Shown here: positions 23,141-36,740 of the stretch, piece after piece
Layout: every line of letters begins with the position of its first letter
How positions within the stretch are numbered: position 1 is the stretch's first letter
Assembly: GCA_043228905.1 (NCBI GenBank)
Contig: JBHGNT010000014.1
Location: 6,944,001-7,008,000, forward strand
Length of the DNA stretch: 64,000 nucleotides
Direction: 5' to 3'
From: Azolla caroliniana
Taxonomy: Eukaryota; Plantae; Polypodiophyta
The notes under the pieces: generated by a model
Seen by the model: the letters and a program-made list of their open reading frames with translations, nothing else
What the model was told of the DNA's origin: nothing
Databases searched by the model: none
Position numbers and translations under genes: made by a program

Positions 23141-23742
23141 TGGACGCTGATATCCCACATTGGGTGTGGAGCGGCAAAGATGTTTCGTACCGACATCTGT
23201 GGGTGTTCCGATGTGTTGCCTATGTGCATGTCGCAAAAGACCAAGTGGGAAATTGGACCCGAAATCTCGGCCATGCATATTTCTCAGCTACGACAATGAT
23301 GAATTTGTCTATCGACTATGGCACTTAGCCGAGAAGAAAGTGATTAGGACCCGCACATTGTCCTAATGGAAGAAAAGAGAATAGTCGACTGGGAGATTGA
23401 GAATAACTCTCCAATTATGTAATCAAACCGAGTCGATGCTAGTTGGCCGAGTTAATACTTGGCAAAATCGAGAACTAACCGAATTCGAATCGGCTGAAGA
23501 ATTCAAAGAAGAACCGACTATGCTGAATGGAGGCCGAAGATATCCCCTAAGAGAAAGGAGGGTGCCCCGAAGATTTTCGGATGAAGAGCGTGTACTACTA
23601 ACCGATGAGGGGGAGCCGGAAAGCTTTGAAGAAGCGAAGGAAGATACCCACAGCCAAAAGTGGTTGAGTGCCATGAAAGAGGAGATGGATTCCTTGTATA
23701 AGAACCACACATATGAACTGACGGAACTACCAAGAGGAAAGA
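22583..23742 (+). pseudogene. Tork-like copia integrase to RT-start remnant
   Basis: YFVTFIDDYS, DNGGEY, GKLDPKSRPCIFL, GEPESFEEAKED...KWLSAMKEEMDSL. Confidence 0.9.
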
Positions 23743-23954
23743 AGCCAGAGAAACCCGTGGAGGTAAGAGCAGCACACGTCGATGAGACGGATGTGGAAAA
23801 TGAGTTCTCGACCAGCCACTACATGAAGCCACATTGGGCAAGAGTGACAACGGAGACACCGGTCCGGATCAAGAACGTAAACGAACTAGTGGTGGCTTTG
23901 ATCTACCATGGGCTGGAAATTAACCTGATGTCCATGGACTTCTACAAGAAAGGG
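23743..23954 (+). pseudogene. Gypsy aspartic-protease fragment, probably the upstream part of the element at 28176-32675
   Basis: VVALIYHGLEINLMS resembles the ALIDxGSEINLM protease core; cut at 23955 by a copia LTR. Confidence 0.6.
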
Positions 23955-26900
23955 TGTAAAGAATCGATGGTGATTCTTCCGCAACGGAAGAGATGTGTGT
24001 TATGTGCGTATATGTGTGAGAGAAAAAGAGTGCAAAGAAAAGAGAACTCAAGATAAATAAATGAGAGGAAAATAAAATACTCAAGAAGAAGGTGTATATT
24101 TCATAACTAGAAGAAGATTTACAAAATGTAGCATAACAAGGAGTCACAACCGACTTAGTATGAAGTATGAGGAGGGTGCTTTATATATAGTAACCCTCTC
24201 TCTTCATTAACCAACTACGACAACCACTCTCTCTTGGGAATGTGAAGACTTATAGTCATGGGGAATATGTAACTCATTAGTTATGTGTCATAGAATCATA
24301 TTCTATGACACATAATTAATGTGTAGAGAGTAGTGGTGTGACTCTTGACCTTTGAGTAATCATAGATTCTCAAAAGGTGTGTTCACAAGTTGCACTATGT
24401 TGAGCTTGATTCTCAACACACGCCCTCAAGCTCAACTCGGCTCAGTTCCTTTCGATTGATGTCCACTTCGGCAGGTATCCGGTTCAGACGATCTCTAGTG
24501 TCCGCTTCGGTTCATACCCAGTTCAGACGGTATCTAGTTCTCTCTTGTACTCCTCTTGAAGCTTGGCAAGTTAGGGATCGTCAATCCAAGGTCTGACATG
24601 AATTGCCAAAGCTTCTTGGCTCCTAGGGGCTTAGTGAAGATGTCAGTTGTCTGAAGATTCCTATTCATGTCTAGAAGATCAACATCTCTGGCCTGAACAA
24701 GCTCTTGAATGAAGTGGTAGTGCACTTCGATATGCTTTGTGTGTGCATGGAACACCGTGTTCCAAGCCAGATATATACTGCTCATGTTGTCGCAGTAAAT
24801 GGGAGTCAGATCCTTGATGGGAATGCCCAAATCCTTCAAAATCCTCTCGAACCATACGACTTCACATGCAGCTACGGTTGCGCCCATGTATTCGGCCTCC
24901 ATACACGAAAGTTCGATGGTAGGCTGCTTCTTACTACTCCAAGATATTACTCCGCTACCGAGTGAGAAGACAAATCTGGAGGTCGATCCTCGATTGGCTT
25001 TGTAGCCAGCCTAGTCGGCATCCATGTACCCTTCGAGTTGAATGGGTGTGGCCAATGTGTAGAGAATGTCGTAATCCATTGTTCCTCTCACGTATCCTAA
25101 CACTTGCTTAGCGCAATCGAAATGGATATCTCCCGGAGTTTTCATGAATTGGCTAAGGACGCCGATTGTATAGCTAAGGTCGGGTCGAGTGATCGTGAGG
25201 TAGATCAGACTCTCAATTAGTTGATGATATTGAGTCGGCTCGCACTCGTCTATGCCGGAGTCAGCATTTAGTTTGAGGTTTCGATCGAGAGGCGTTGCCA
25301 TGGATTTACACTCTGTCATCCCGAATTTGTATAACAAGTTGAGAATGTAGTGTCGTTGAGAGATCATAATACCGGCTGAAATCCGAATTACTTCGATGCC
25401 TAGAAAGTAATGAAGCTCCTTCATGTCCGCCATCTCGAATTTGTTGGAGAGGAGGGACTTCACCTTGTTGATGTAAACTAAATGCTCACCTCCAATAACC
25501 AGATCATCCACGTATAGGATGATGACAATCAAGCTTCTAGATTTGTTTCGTACGTAGAGGAAGTTGTCGGATTTCGACATTCTAAAGCCGATTTGATGAA
25601 GATATTGCGTAATTTTCGAATGTCAAGCATGCGGTGCTTGCTTGAGGCCATAGAGTGGCTTTTTCAGTCGGCACACGACTTTCGGATGAATGCGCGATTC
25701 GAAGCCGGGAGGTTGTACCATGCTCACCTCCTCTTCTAATTCGCCTTGGAGGAAAGCGTTCTTAATGTCCATCTGGTGGAAGTGCCACCCTTTTGCCACT
25801 ACGAGTGCAATTATGGTCCGCACAATCGTCATCTTTGCCACCGAGGCAATGTCTCTTCATAGCTGACTCCATGCATCTAAACGTATCCTTTCACTACGAG
25901 TCGAGCTTTGTAGCGGTTGACGGAGCCGTTGGCATTATGCTTCACCTTGTAGATCCATCTGCAACCGATCGCCTTCTTATGCGGTGAGTGAGGAACGAGA
26001 TCTCATGTTTTAGTCTTGCAAAGTGCCCGCATCTGCTCGTTCATTGCTTCGACCCATCAAAGGTCCTTCACAGCTTCGGAAAAGGTTTTCGTACTGTTGC
26101 TACCTTCATCATAAAGACATAATGGTACGCCATATAATCGTTGTAGCCGAATCGGCTTACGGGGTTCTTTACAGGGGTGGATCGGCAGAGCTTCTCATTT
26201 ACGGATACTAAGGTTTTCTTCGCTCCATTTGTCCAGATGTCAAGGCCGTCAAACTCACTATCAAGGGAGTGAGTTGATTCGGTGCCGTCGAAGTGATCAT
26301 TTTCATACTCCGGCATTTTCGCCTTCCCTTTGTCCAACTTCAGACTCGGCTGAGATGTGCTTTGATCGCTTGGAGGCTCTTGTGGTCCACTAAGCCTTGT
26401 CATAATCGGGCTTTCTTTGAACATGCGTCTAAGCCGATCTTCGGCTTCAATCTCTATTTCGGCGGATTCCGGGTCAAGCAGAATCGGAGTTGAAGTTGTA
26501 TCTAGTGCATACCAGGATGCGGACTCATCAAAAACCACGTCTCGACTTACTCGAGATTTTCGAGTTGAGGGGTTATAGCACTTGTACCCCTTTTGCTCCA
26601 GTGAGTATCCTATGAGGATGCATTTCTCTGACTTCGGGTCTAGCTTTTGTCGCTTCTCCTCGGTGATGTGCACATACGCAAGGAGCCGAATATCCGAACA
26701 TGTGATAGGGTCCGACTTCTTTCCGAAAAACTTTTCGTGCGGAGTAAGTTCGTGCACACCCGATGTTGTAAACCGATTCATGAGGTATATGGCCGTGTTA
26801 GCCTCTTCTGCCCAGTACGACTTCGGCACGTGCTTTTCGATCATCATAACCCATGCTACATCGAGGATGTGCCGATTCTTTAAGTCGGCCACTCGGTTTT

Positions 26901-28175
26901 GTTGTGGTGTATGTCGACACGAAAACTCTCGCCGAATTGCTTTTTTTCGTAGATATGCCGTAAACTCATCCGAGAAATATTCCTTGCCTCCATCTGATCG
27001 AAGGCATCGTACATGTCGGCACGTGGCTTTCTTGACTTCATTCTTAAAATTTTGGAACTGTTCGAACACTTTTGCCGCATGGGGTAGATCCAGGTGTGCC
27101 TGGAGAAGTCATCGATGAAGGTCACGTAGTATTGGCATCCGCCGAATGTAACCTTCTGAGCCGGACCCCATACATTGGAATGAATTACGTCAAGTACGCC
27201 TTTGCTCACGTTCTGCTCCTTCAGAAATGTGTGCCGATGTTGCTTGCCGAATTGGCAAGCGGCACACACGCCTTCAATCTCTTTCTCCATGAATGTTGGG
27301 AGCTCAATGACGACTCCTTTCAATTGCATTGCCATGAGCTTTTGGAGATTGATGTGGCCAATCCACTTGTGCCATAACTCTATGTCGGAATCGGCTTTCG
27401 AGCCCTTTGTGAACATGGCATATTTCATCACGTGCGAGTTGAGAATAAACATTCGGCCCTATCTTTGTCCGCGAGCAATGAGTCGGCTCTCTTTTTCGAT
27501 GAAGCAACTGCCCTGATTAAATCGTACTTCTATCCCTTGCTCAACAATTTGGTTGACGGAGACCAAATTCTTCGTAATGGTTGGTACATGCAAGACATTT
27601 TTGATAAAAATTTGGTTACCTTCTTTGCCGAATGGGACATTGCCGATGTGTCGAATAAGATGCGTAGTGTCGTCTCTAGTTTCGACATAGCCGGGTCATT
27701 CAGGCTCTCGAAATTCTCGGAACCATTCTTGATGAGACGTCATATGGTTCGAGGCACCGGAGTCAACGAACCATACGTATTCCGGACCGGAGGCACTAGT
27801 TGAAGTAGAAACTGACATAGAATTTTCTCTATGTCTCATCACGAACATTCCACCACGATCGTCATAGTCAGAGTTGGTGGCGTAATTGGTGAGTGGTCAC
27901 TTAGTGGAAGTCGACTCACGTATCTTCTTACGGCACTCTTCTTCATGGTTACCGATTTTTCCTCGATATCCGCATTCGACCGAGTTTTGTCGGCTTGGAC
28001 TGGAATGGAAGCTCCCCCTTCTTCCAAAGGTTCCTCAATGGCCTCCGTCTTGTTGTCGTACTTGAGAGTGGTTTTCGTAAATCGGGCCTCGTCCGCCTCG
28101 TCCTTGGCTGAATCGGCCTCTTCTTGCACGGTCACGTCCTCTTCCTCCATCCCAATGTGTGTAGAGCATAACCGC
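23955..28175 (-). mobile_element. Decayed copia 'family D': 3' LTR 24418-23955, PPT, RNase H, RT, integrase, protease, partial gag; 5' LTR lost
   Basis: WFVDSGASNHM ~27775-27743; RSDGGKEY; LYVDDL; KHIEVHYHF; LTR homologous to 63055-63522. Confidence 0.93.
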
Positions 28176-31100
28176 TAATGGAGGTTGTACCATAACCGAC
28201 ATTTGCGGCCAGGAGAAGAGGTAGGTCGAAGGACGCTTGAGGGCATGCGGCACCTTGGGCCCCAATGATGAGGTTGGTAGCACCGTGGAGGCGGTCTCAT
28301 TCGACGAAACCCCTGGAGAAATTGCAAGGGTAGCCGAAGAGGATCTGCGCGAAGAACGAATGATTGCGATCAATTCAATGGAGATGTAGGAAGTCATCGC
28401 GAATTTTGGGAGGATGTTCGGGTCGGATCAAACTACTTGAGTTGACACCAAGTACAAGACTGTGGATCAAAAGGTGAGGCTAGTCGCAGCTCCCTTGCTG
28501 GAGGACAGTTGGGAGTGAATGAAAGGGCTCGCTATCGACCTAAGTTTACGAAATTCGGCATGCATAGGAAACTGGTTCACCAACGAGATGTTTTGGAAGC
28601 TCAAGATCGGTGGGGCTGGCTTCCTAGTGCCCGCGGAGGAGGTCCGTTTTCACAGGATGCTCAGAAGGCACGGGAAACCCTTTGCATTCTCGCCGGGGGA
28701 AATTGGTTGTGTAGACCCAACTATCGTTGTACTACACGTGTCTTTGGAGTCTTAAACCGATTCCGGTGCCGAGGGCTCACATCCCGAAGCTAATGGAGCT
28801 ACTCAAACAGAAAGTGGAGATGGGCATCCTCGAGCCATCGAGCGCCCCATACTCAAATCGGTGGTTTACGGTGCCGAAGAAGAACGACACACTGCGCTTC
28901 ATCCAGGACCTGCAGCCAGTCAACAAGGTAACCATTCGAAATGCAGGAATCGGGCCAGCTATTGATGACTTTTCGGAGGCCTTCTCCGGAAGGTCGATCT
29001 ACTTGATTGGGGATTTGTACTCGAGGTACGACCAATTCCAGATAGTCGTGGAGACCAAGGACATCACAACGATACGATACCCTCTTGGCCTAGTTCGGAT
29101 GTGTTCCCCGCCGCAAGGAGGGACCAATTCAGTGGCACAGATGGTGAACACAATGAACAAGGTTTTGTGGGACTGCATCCTGGACATTACCATGCCATTC
29201 TTGGATGACATCTCGATCAAGGGAGGTCCGGTGGAAGCGAAGGATGAATTGATTAGGCCGGACGGATGCCGGAAGTTCGTCACGGGTCACATCTCCGACT
29301 GCAAGAAGATACTTCAAAGGCTTGAGGGCACTCGATTTACGTTCTCTGGGGAGTAGTCGGCTTTCGGGCAATCCGAGTTCCTTGTAGTAGGGCACCTGTG
29401 CGGATGATACCACTGGAAACCATCTCCAGCAAAGGTAGAGGCCATCTCCGGGATGAAGGAGGAATGTAGGTTGGTTACAGAAGTCCAAAGATTCCTGGGA
29501 GCGTGCACCTTCTACCACATTTGGATTCCGCACTACGAGCATATCGCAGAACGCATTGCAAAAGAAAGGCCGTAAGTTTCAATGGAAAGAAGAGCACACG
29601 GAATCGGACCGGAGGCTGAAGGAGGCACTGTCAGCGGTGTCGGCTCTTCGGAACGCGGTATACAAGCCGAACACTCCGGTTTACATAATGATGGATACGA
29701 GTCCGACCGGAATCGGGTGGGTGATTAATCCGGAAAAAGAGGACGGCACACGGTCCCCCATCCAGTTCGGTGCGAAGGTGCTGAGCGAGCGGCAACGAGG
29801 GTACGCCCAGGTTAAACGCGAACTCTGGGTATCATTTCAGCGGTCAAGGCCGATAAAGACTACTTGATCGGGATAGAAGTTATAATCGAGATAGACTGCC
29901 TACCGATCCTCAGTATGGTTTCCAGATGCGCGACTCCGAACCTGGCAATGCTCAGGTGGATCGCGTACATCAAGTCCCTGAATCCGGAGATGCGACACAT
30001 CTCCGGAAACGACAACACCATGGCCGATATGCTCTCAAGAGCACGGTTCAAGATCGAGGATGGCATGGTGTCAGAAGACGAAGAGGTTGACATGTACTTC
30101 TTCGAGTCAGCTCGAATGTCGGCAAACAAGCGGAGCACTCCGGGGCTGAATGAGTTTGATGAGGACAACTACGACGGGGAGTGGCTCGAGCTTGGTAAGT
30201 TCCGGACGCGGCATGGAAGAAAGACGAAGCGAGGCAGATCTGGAACAAAGATTACTGTTTCTTTCTACTGAACAGTAAGATATTGAAGCACCCAAAGTGA
30301 TAGACCGGCACACCACTCCGGGTGGTGGCAAAGAAGGAAGAGCAATCGGTCCGGACAATGCGGCACCTGGGCTACGTTGGAGAAACTAAAGGAGAAGTAT
30401 TGGTGGCCGGGGATGTATTGGGACATGCACGATTTCGTAACGACGTACAAGAATTTCCAAGTCCATTCCGGAGTTCGGCACCGTGACGAGCTACACTTGA
30501 CCGCCGGCCATTCATTTCAAATGGATTGTCGACCTGGTGACAATGGCAATAGGGGTGGGGCAGAGGAGGTACCTGGTGCTTGCTAGAGAAGACTTGACGA
30601 ACCAAGTGGGAGGTCGGGCGTTCACGAACAAGACGATCGTAGTCGTATGTCAATTTTTGATCGAGGATGTAATTTGCTGGTACGGGTGTGTGGGTAAGAT
30701 TGTGGCCGACCGAGGGGAGCTGGATGCACAGGAAGCTGAGGAGTTGTTCAAACGATCAGGAGTCAAGCTTGCACTCACCACAATACAATCCGGAAGACAA
30801 CGAGAAGATCGAGCACGGGCACAGGCACGGGCCAATTGTGAAGGCTATAGTATGAGCATGCGAGGGTCGAGTAGGAAACTAGCCGAGGCTCCTACCTTAC
30901 GCGCAATGGGCCGACCAAACTACGCACAACTCGGTAACCGGGTACCTGCCGGCGAAACTTATGTTCAGGAAAAAGCCGGTTATGGTGGTGGAGCGGACAA
31001 TATCGTCCTAGATGGCAGTTCACTAGTCAGAGGAGATGAGCCGAGAGGAGCTCTTGGCAGCCCGGATCAGACAACTTGAGTGGAGACCGGAAGACATCAT

Positions 31101-32675
31101 GCGAGCAATGGCGAGAACGGGGGAAGCGAGGAAGTGGAACAAGGCCTAGTTTGACAGGACGCACCGACTCTGACCGAGGAAGATTGAGGAAGGAGACTCG
31201 TTGCTGGTCTACGATAGTAGCCTCAACAATCAGCATCGATCGACGTAGAAATTCGCACGATGGTGGTTCGGGCCATATGTGGTGAAAAGCGCCAATGATA
31301 ATGCGACATACCATCTTGCCAAGCTTGATGGGACAAGGATCACGGTGCTTGTTGCGGGGAAGCGGATAAAGGCTTTCAAGAAGCGGTGCGAGCCGGAACC
31401 AGATCCGGCGCTAGAAGGAAGCAAGAGCGAGGCAAGCACGGTTGAAGCTTGCATAGAAGAAGTAGCCACTGGCCGCGATGTTGAGAAGGAGGTGGCTATG
31501 GACAAAGTAGCAGCGAGAAAGCAAAGGCCGAGCATGAAGCTGAACAAAATCCTACGACGATCCTCACACTGATCCGGAGACTTCGGCAGTCGAGCCTGAG
31601 AGCTGACATGAGACCGAGAGAGATGGATGGTTGCGGCAGGTGAACCACATCCGATTAAATGGCCGAAAAGGGCATGCAATGAGGCAAATTGAAGGACGTG
31701 CATATGGCCACTAAGAGCCGAGGAACAAGCACGAGGAAAGACCGGAGTTCGGCACTGGCGATGCTAAGCAAACGAGGTGGAGCAAACTAAGGCTCTCGCG
31801 AGGCGGCACACGGAAGTCTAGGGACAGAAGCACGAGCCTGAAGCGAGTTTCACAGGTTGGTGGCATTAAGAGAAGAAGGCCCGGGTGGGATCCTCCACAC
31901 TGATTTTGGAGACGTCGATAGTTCGTCCATCGTGGCAATGTAAGACCGAGGAGAAGGAAGGTGGTGGCGAGGGGAAGAAGGCAATAGTGGACAACAGCAC
32001 CAGACCCAAATGGGGCATTATAGAAAGGAGTCCAAGCAGACCGATGAAAAGGGGTGTTCCTCGGATGCGGAGGACACTGATTCTAGGGGCGAAGCAGGAA
32101 GCATGTGTGTGGTCGATCGAGGACCAAAGAACAAGCATGCATTTAGAGGAGTCGTGGCGAAGACCGAAAGGTCAGAACGAGCCTATGAAGAGGCGAGCGT
32201 GAGTCGGAAGTAAGCAACTGAAGCCGACGGTTTGGGACCAGCGGAGGCCGACGCGGCAGCGGGGATGCGGATTATCGAAGCGCGAGTTGAGGACTATGGT
32301 CGGAATCCTTCACAGTTTCTCTTGTCTTGGCACATGTCGGTGGATGTGCGGTTTGGTGGTGGGTGGATGTCGTGAAGAATTCCGGCCATAGGGAGAAACG
32401 GACCCAAGTGCACGCGGACAGGTGTGTGCACCGATCCACGTGAATCAAGCATTACGTGCAATTAGAATGTAGATAGCATATGACTAGTATGTTCTAGGTA
32501 GTAGGATTTAAGGAGGTACTTTAAAGTCACTCATGCACAAACCGAAATCAAAGGGGGGGATGTTGGACACTGAGCACGATGTAACGATCACTTGTGCTAT
32601 AAAAGGGAACACTTGAACCTGTTTGAGGGATCGGCGTTTAGGGGAGGACAAAGTGTTGTTGGTTTGGAGACTAAG
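28176..32675 (+). mobile_element. Decayed non-chromoviral Ty3/gypsy (fungal-like / possibly Phygy-type pol), PPT 32551-32560, truncated 3' LTR from 32561
   Basis: TKYKTVDQKVR; RT with DLYSRYDQF, PQGGTNSV and FLDD (29198-29209); RNase H DTSPTGIG; integrase ADRGEL; GPY/F-like module at 31270-31385; AAGGGGGGGA followed by TGTTGG. Confidence 0.9.
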
Positions 32676-35600
32676 TCATCCTTGGTTTGTCTTGGCTGAA
32701 GGCACAAAATCCACTTGTTGATTGGGGAAATCACTTGATTACTTTCTCCCAAACCAGCTCAGAGGTGCAAGAAATATCTCATGTTGTTGTAGGCGCTCAC
32801 CCTCCCATTAATGCAGGAATTAGCTCCAAGGCAGATGCTCACATCCCAGTCACAACAAGGAAAATAGTGCATAGTGCCTTGTCGAGCAATCCAATGAGGA
32901 CAACTACTGACTCACTACTGTCCAAGTATCAAGACTTCAAGGAAATATTTGAGAAAAAGAATGTTGATCACTTGCCTGAGCATCGACGCTACGACTATCC
33001 AATCGATCTGCAAGAAGGTGCCAGTCCTCCCTTTGGTCTAATTTATGGGTTGTCGGAACTAGAACTCCAGGCACTCTGAACGTATCTTGACAAGAACCTT
33101 GGAAAGGGTTTTATTCAACCCTCAAAATCACCAAGAGGAGCTCATGTTTTGTTCGTGAAAAAGAAAGATGGATCCTTATGCCTCTACGTCAACTATTGGG
33201 GTCTAAACAAGATTAATGTTCGCAATTGCTATCCACTACCTCTCATCCCAGAGTTGTTGGATCGACTCCGGACTGGGAAGATCTTCTCCAAGATTGAGCT
33301 AAGGGGAGCATACAATTTGGTACGGATCAAACTTGGAGATGAATGGAAAACCGCCTTTAGAATGAGCTATGGACATTTCGAGTATAAGGTAATGCCTTTC
33401 GGCCTCACTAATGCTCCTGCAGTATTTCAGCATATGATGAATGACATATTCCAAGAATATCTAGATCACTTTGTTTTGATCTATCTAGATGATATCTTGG
33501 TCTTCTCTTTGAACTTCAAGGAGCATACTCGACATGTCAGGTTAGTCAAGCACGAACTCTATGCTAAAAGGGAAAAATGTGAATTTGATCATACTTCTGT
33601 TTTGTTTCTTGGGTATGTCATTTCGACACAGGGAATCACAATGGACACACAGAAAGTCAAGACTATCCAAGAGTGGGTTGTCCCAACTCGGGTACGAGAT
33701 GTGCAATCATTCCTTGGTTTTGCCAATTTTTATCGTCACTTCATCAAAGGAGTCTCAGTGATAGCACAACCTCTCATTGCTCTTACCCACAAGGATGTTA
33801 CTTTCGAATGGACAATAGCTTCCCAAAAGGCATACGACTTGCTGAAACAAGCCTTTACTATGGCACCAGTACTTTTACATCCTGACCCAACTAAGCCTTT
33901 CCAAGTCAAAACGGATACTTCCAATTTCACCATTGGGGCGATCCTCTCCCAGCCAGATTAGGTCGGTGTGCTTCACCCGGTGGCTTACTACTCCCACAAA
34001 TTCATGGCCCCAGAAATCAACTACCCCATATACGACAAGGAGCTTCTTGCTATTATTGCTGCTTTTGAATAATAGAGACCCTATTTAGTTGGGGCACAAC
34101 ACTGTATCCAAGTGATTACCGATCATAAAAATCTAATATACTTTTCTACCACATGAACCTTAAATCGTAGACAGGTGCGATGGTCGACCTTCGTGGCAGA
34201 CTATGATTTTGAGATAATCTTTCGACCCAACACTCAACACACGACGACCGATGTCTTATATCGTCGGTCTGAGTTCAAGCTCACTCCGGAGGATGAAGCC
34301 GATGTTCAGCAGTCCCAGTGTTTGTTAAAGCCTAACCAATTCTACAACTTCACGACTTGCTTGCTCCAGGATGACTCTTTGCTCAAGCAAATAGTAGAAG
34401 CCACTAGGTCTGACAAGTTTGCCGCAGAGGTCAAGGCAAGTATCACAAACCCCTCCCATGAACCCAAAAGACCTGATTTAGCTCATTTTATAATTCAGGA
34501 CAATCTTTTGTTTCGAGATAATCTTTTGTATGTCCCAAAAGGTCCTTGTCGGACAAGGGTGCTTCACGAGTGTCATGATGATCCACTTGTTGGTCATTTT
34601 GGCGTTGCAAAAACCTTGGAGTTGATATCTCGGGGATACTAGTGGTCCCAACCAAGGAAATTGGTCAAAGAGTTCTTTAAGTCATACGATGTTTGTGCTT
34701 GCTCTAAAGCATCTCATCATCGACCATATGGTCTCCTTTGCCCTCTCCCAATCCCCAAATGGCCTTGGGCCTCTCTTTCCATGGATTTCATCACTGACCT
34801 TCCCTTTGTTGGTGGTTATGACTCAATATTCGTCATGTTCGATCGCTTCACCAAGATGGCTCATTTTGCTCCATGTGCCAAAACCATTACCAGAGAGGAT
34901 ACAACTGATTTGTTTTTCAAAAATGTGGTTCGACTACATGGACTCCCAAACAATATCACTTCTTATCGAGGACCACAAATTGTTTCTAGTTTCTGGCAGC
35001 GCCTTCTGCAAACCTTCGGTTGTACTGTGAATCTATCTTCCGCTTATCATCCGCAAACTGATGGACAAACGGAGTGGGTTAACCAAATCTTGGAACAATA
35101 CTTGCGGTGCTCTCTTAGTTACCAAGAAGACAACTGGGTTGACCTTCTCCCATTTGCTGAGTTCACCTACAACAACTCTCTGCATGCATCTACATGAGTT
35201 AATCCATTTTTTGCCAACTATAGTCTCCACCCCCGCTTCAACATTTCACTTCCCTCTGACTCTATCAATCCTTTTGTGGAGGACCGGGCACGTCTCTTGG
35301 AGGATGTACATCGCGACTTTCCTTGGATCTCACCCTCGTTAGTGAACGCTACAAGGAGCAAGCTGACCCTCATCGCTTAGATGCTCCCCAGTTTGAGGTA
35401 GGAGACTTTGTTTGGCTTCTCCGTCGCAATGTTGCCACCACTCTTCCTTGTCCAAAGCTTGATTACAAGAAGTTAGGCCCTTTCCAAATGATTGAGAAAA
35501 TTGGTTCCATGGCTGTCTGCTTAGAGCTACCATCCCACTTTCGTATTCATAATGTATTCCATGTCTCCCTTCTAGAACCTCGCCATATATCTGAAATCCC

Positions 35601-36250
35601 CAGTTGTCACCCATCTCCTCCACCACCAATCTAGCTCTCAACCGGAGAAGAATATGAGGTCGACCAAATTCTCGACTCTCGTCTCTTCCGTTGCCAGCTT
35701 CGAGCATTTCATGAACGTTATCCACAAAAACCGGTCGCGGGTCCAAGGAGGCGGCCTTAGAGGGAGGACAATGTCATAGACAGGATGCCACATAGAATGG
35801 TGGGGGTTGAACCCATGACCTTCTGGTCTTATTGGGCAACCTTACTAATTGAGCTACATCCATCTATGCATTATTGTATTGTGTAAGACCCAACTTATTT
35901 CATTGTAGATTGATCACTAGAACTTTCAAGAACCTTCTAGAGAATGCATCTTCATGCACTCTCTAGAAGTTTCCATGCCCTCTCTAGAAGTCTTCTAGCT
36001 TTCATGCATACGTCCACATTCTTTTATAAATATTGGGGTTCAGCTTGATTGCAATCAAGGTGAACAACACAAGTTACGAAAGCATATATAGTTCTTGTTT
36101 ATTTTTCTATCCTCTCTCTTGCTTGTTCTCTTGTCTATGCTCTCTCTCCCACTATCCCTTAATATTGAGCCTCGTCTACTTGAGCTTGACAATCTTGTGA
36201 TCTTGCTTATGCTCTCGCTCTCTCTTAGTACTTAGCCTCATTTCGTGACA
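32676..36250 (+). mobile_element. Decayed Tcn1-like chromovirus: RT, RNase H, integrase, deleted chromodomain, PPT, 3' LTR 35772-36250
   Basis: MPFGLTNAPAVFQ and YLDD (33482-33493); SMDFITDLP; AYHPQTDGQTE; GPF...IHNVFHVSLL; EEYEVDQILDSR; LTR TGTCA...TGACA. Confidence 0.94.
35795..35861 (-). other. tRNA-like module inside the chromovirus 3' LTR, antisense to the element
   Basis: Minus strand reads GGATG-TAGCTCAATTAGTAAG...AAGGTC-ATGGG-TTCAACC-CCCAC-CATTC: 5-bp acceptor-like stem, A-box, variable-loop AGGTC, T-arm with 4/5 pairs. Anticodon arm degenerate. Confidence 0.7.
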
Positions 36251-36740
36251 CCTACTCCCTCTAACTCCTTGGATCGAGACCCCCATGGTCTCTTGCCCGT
36301 TTCGACACATACTCGCGGAAAACCGCAACAACGTCGTGCCCCAAGTCCGGAGACAAACACCAAATGTAAGGACAAAATGCCTAGGTACAAAGACTCAGAT
36401 GGAAATGCATCGACTCACTCACATGACAGTGAATATAGTGGACTAGATGTGGTCATCATGAGGAGATCACGAGCACCATGTCGCTCCACATGAGGGAAGA
36501 ACGTAGTCAGGTGATTGGCTACAACGACTACATGGCATATCATTATGCATTCATGATCAAGGTGGAGATAGTTCGAGAGACATAAAACTTTTCCAAAGCC
36601 GCTAAAGACCCACAATGGGTTGAAGCAATGAATACGGAAATGCAAGCACTCTCCATGAACAAGACATGGTTTCTCATCCCTTCTTCACACCACTGAAAGG
36701 AAATTGGACGCCGGTGGATTTTAAAAGTGAAGGACAACGC

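Noticed and set aside
23397-24056. 219-aa ORF as a novel fusion protein
   Set aside because: Chance read-through across three pieces: copia RT start, gypsy protease fragment and an antisense LTR.
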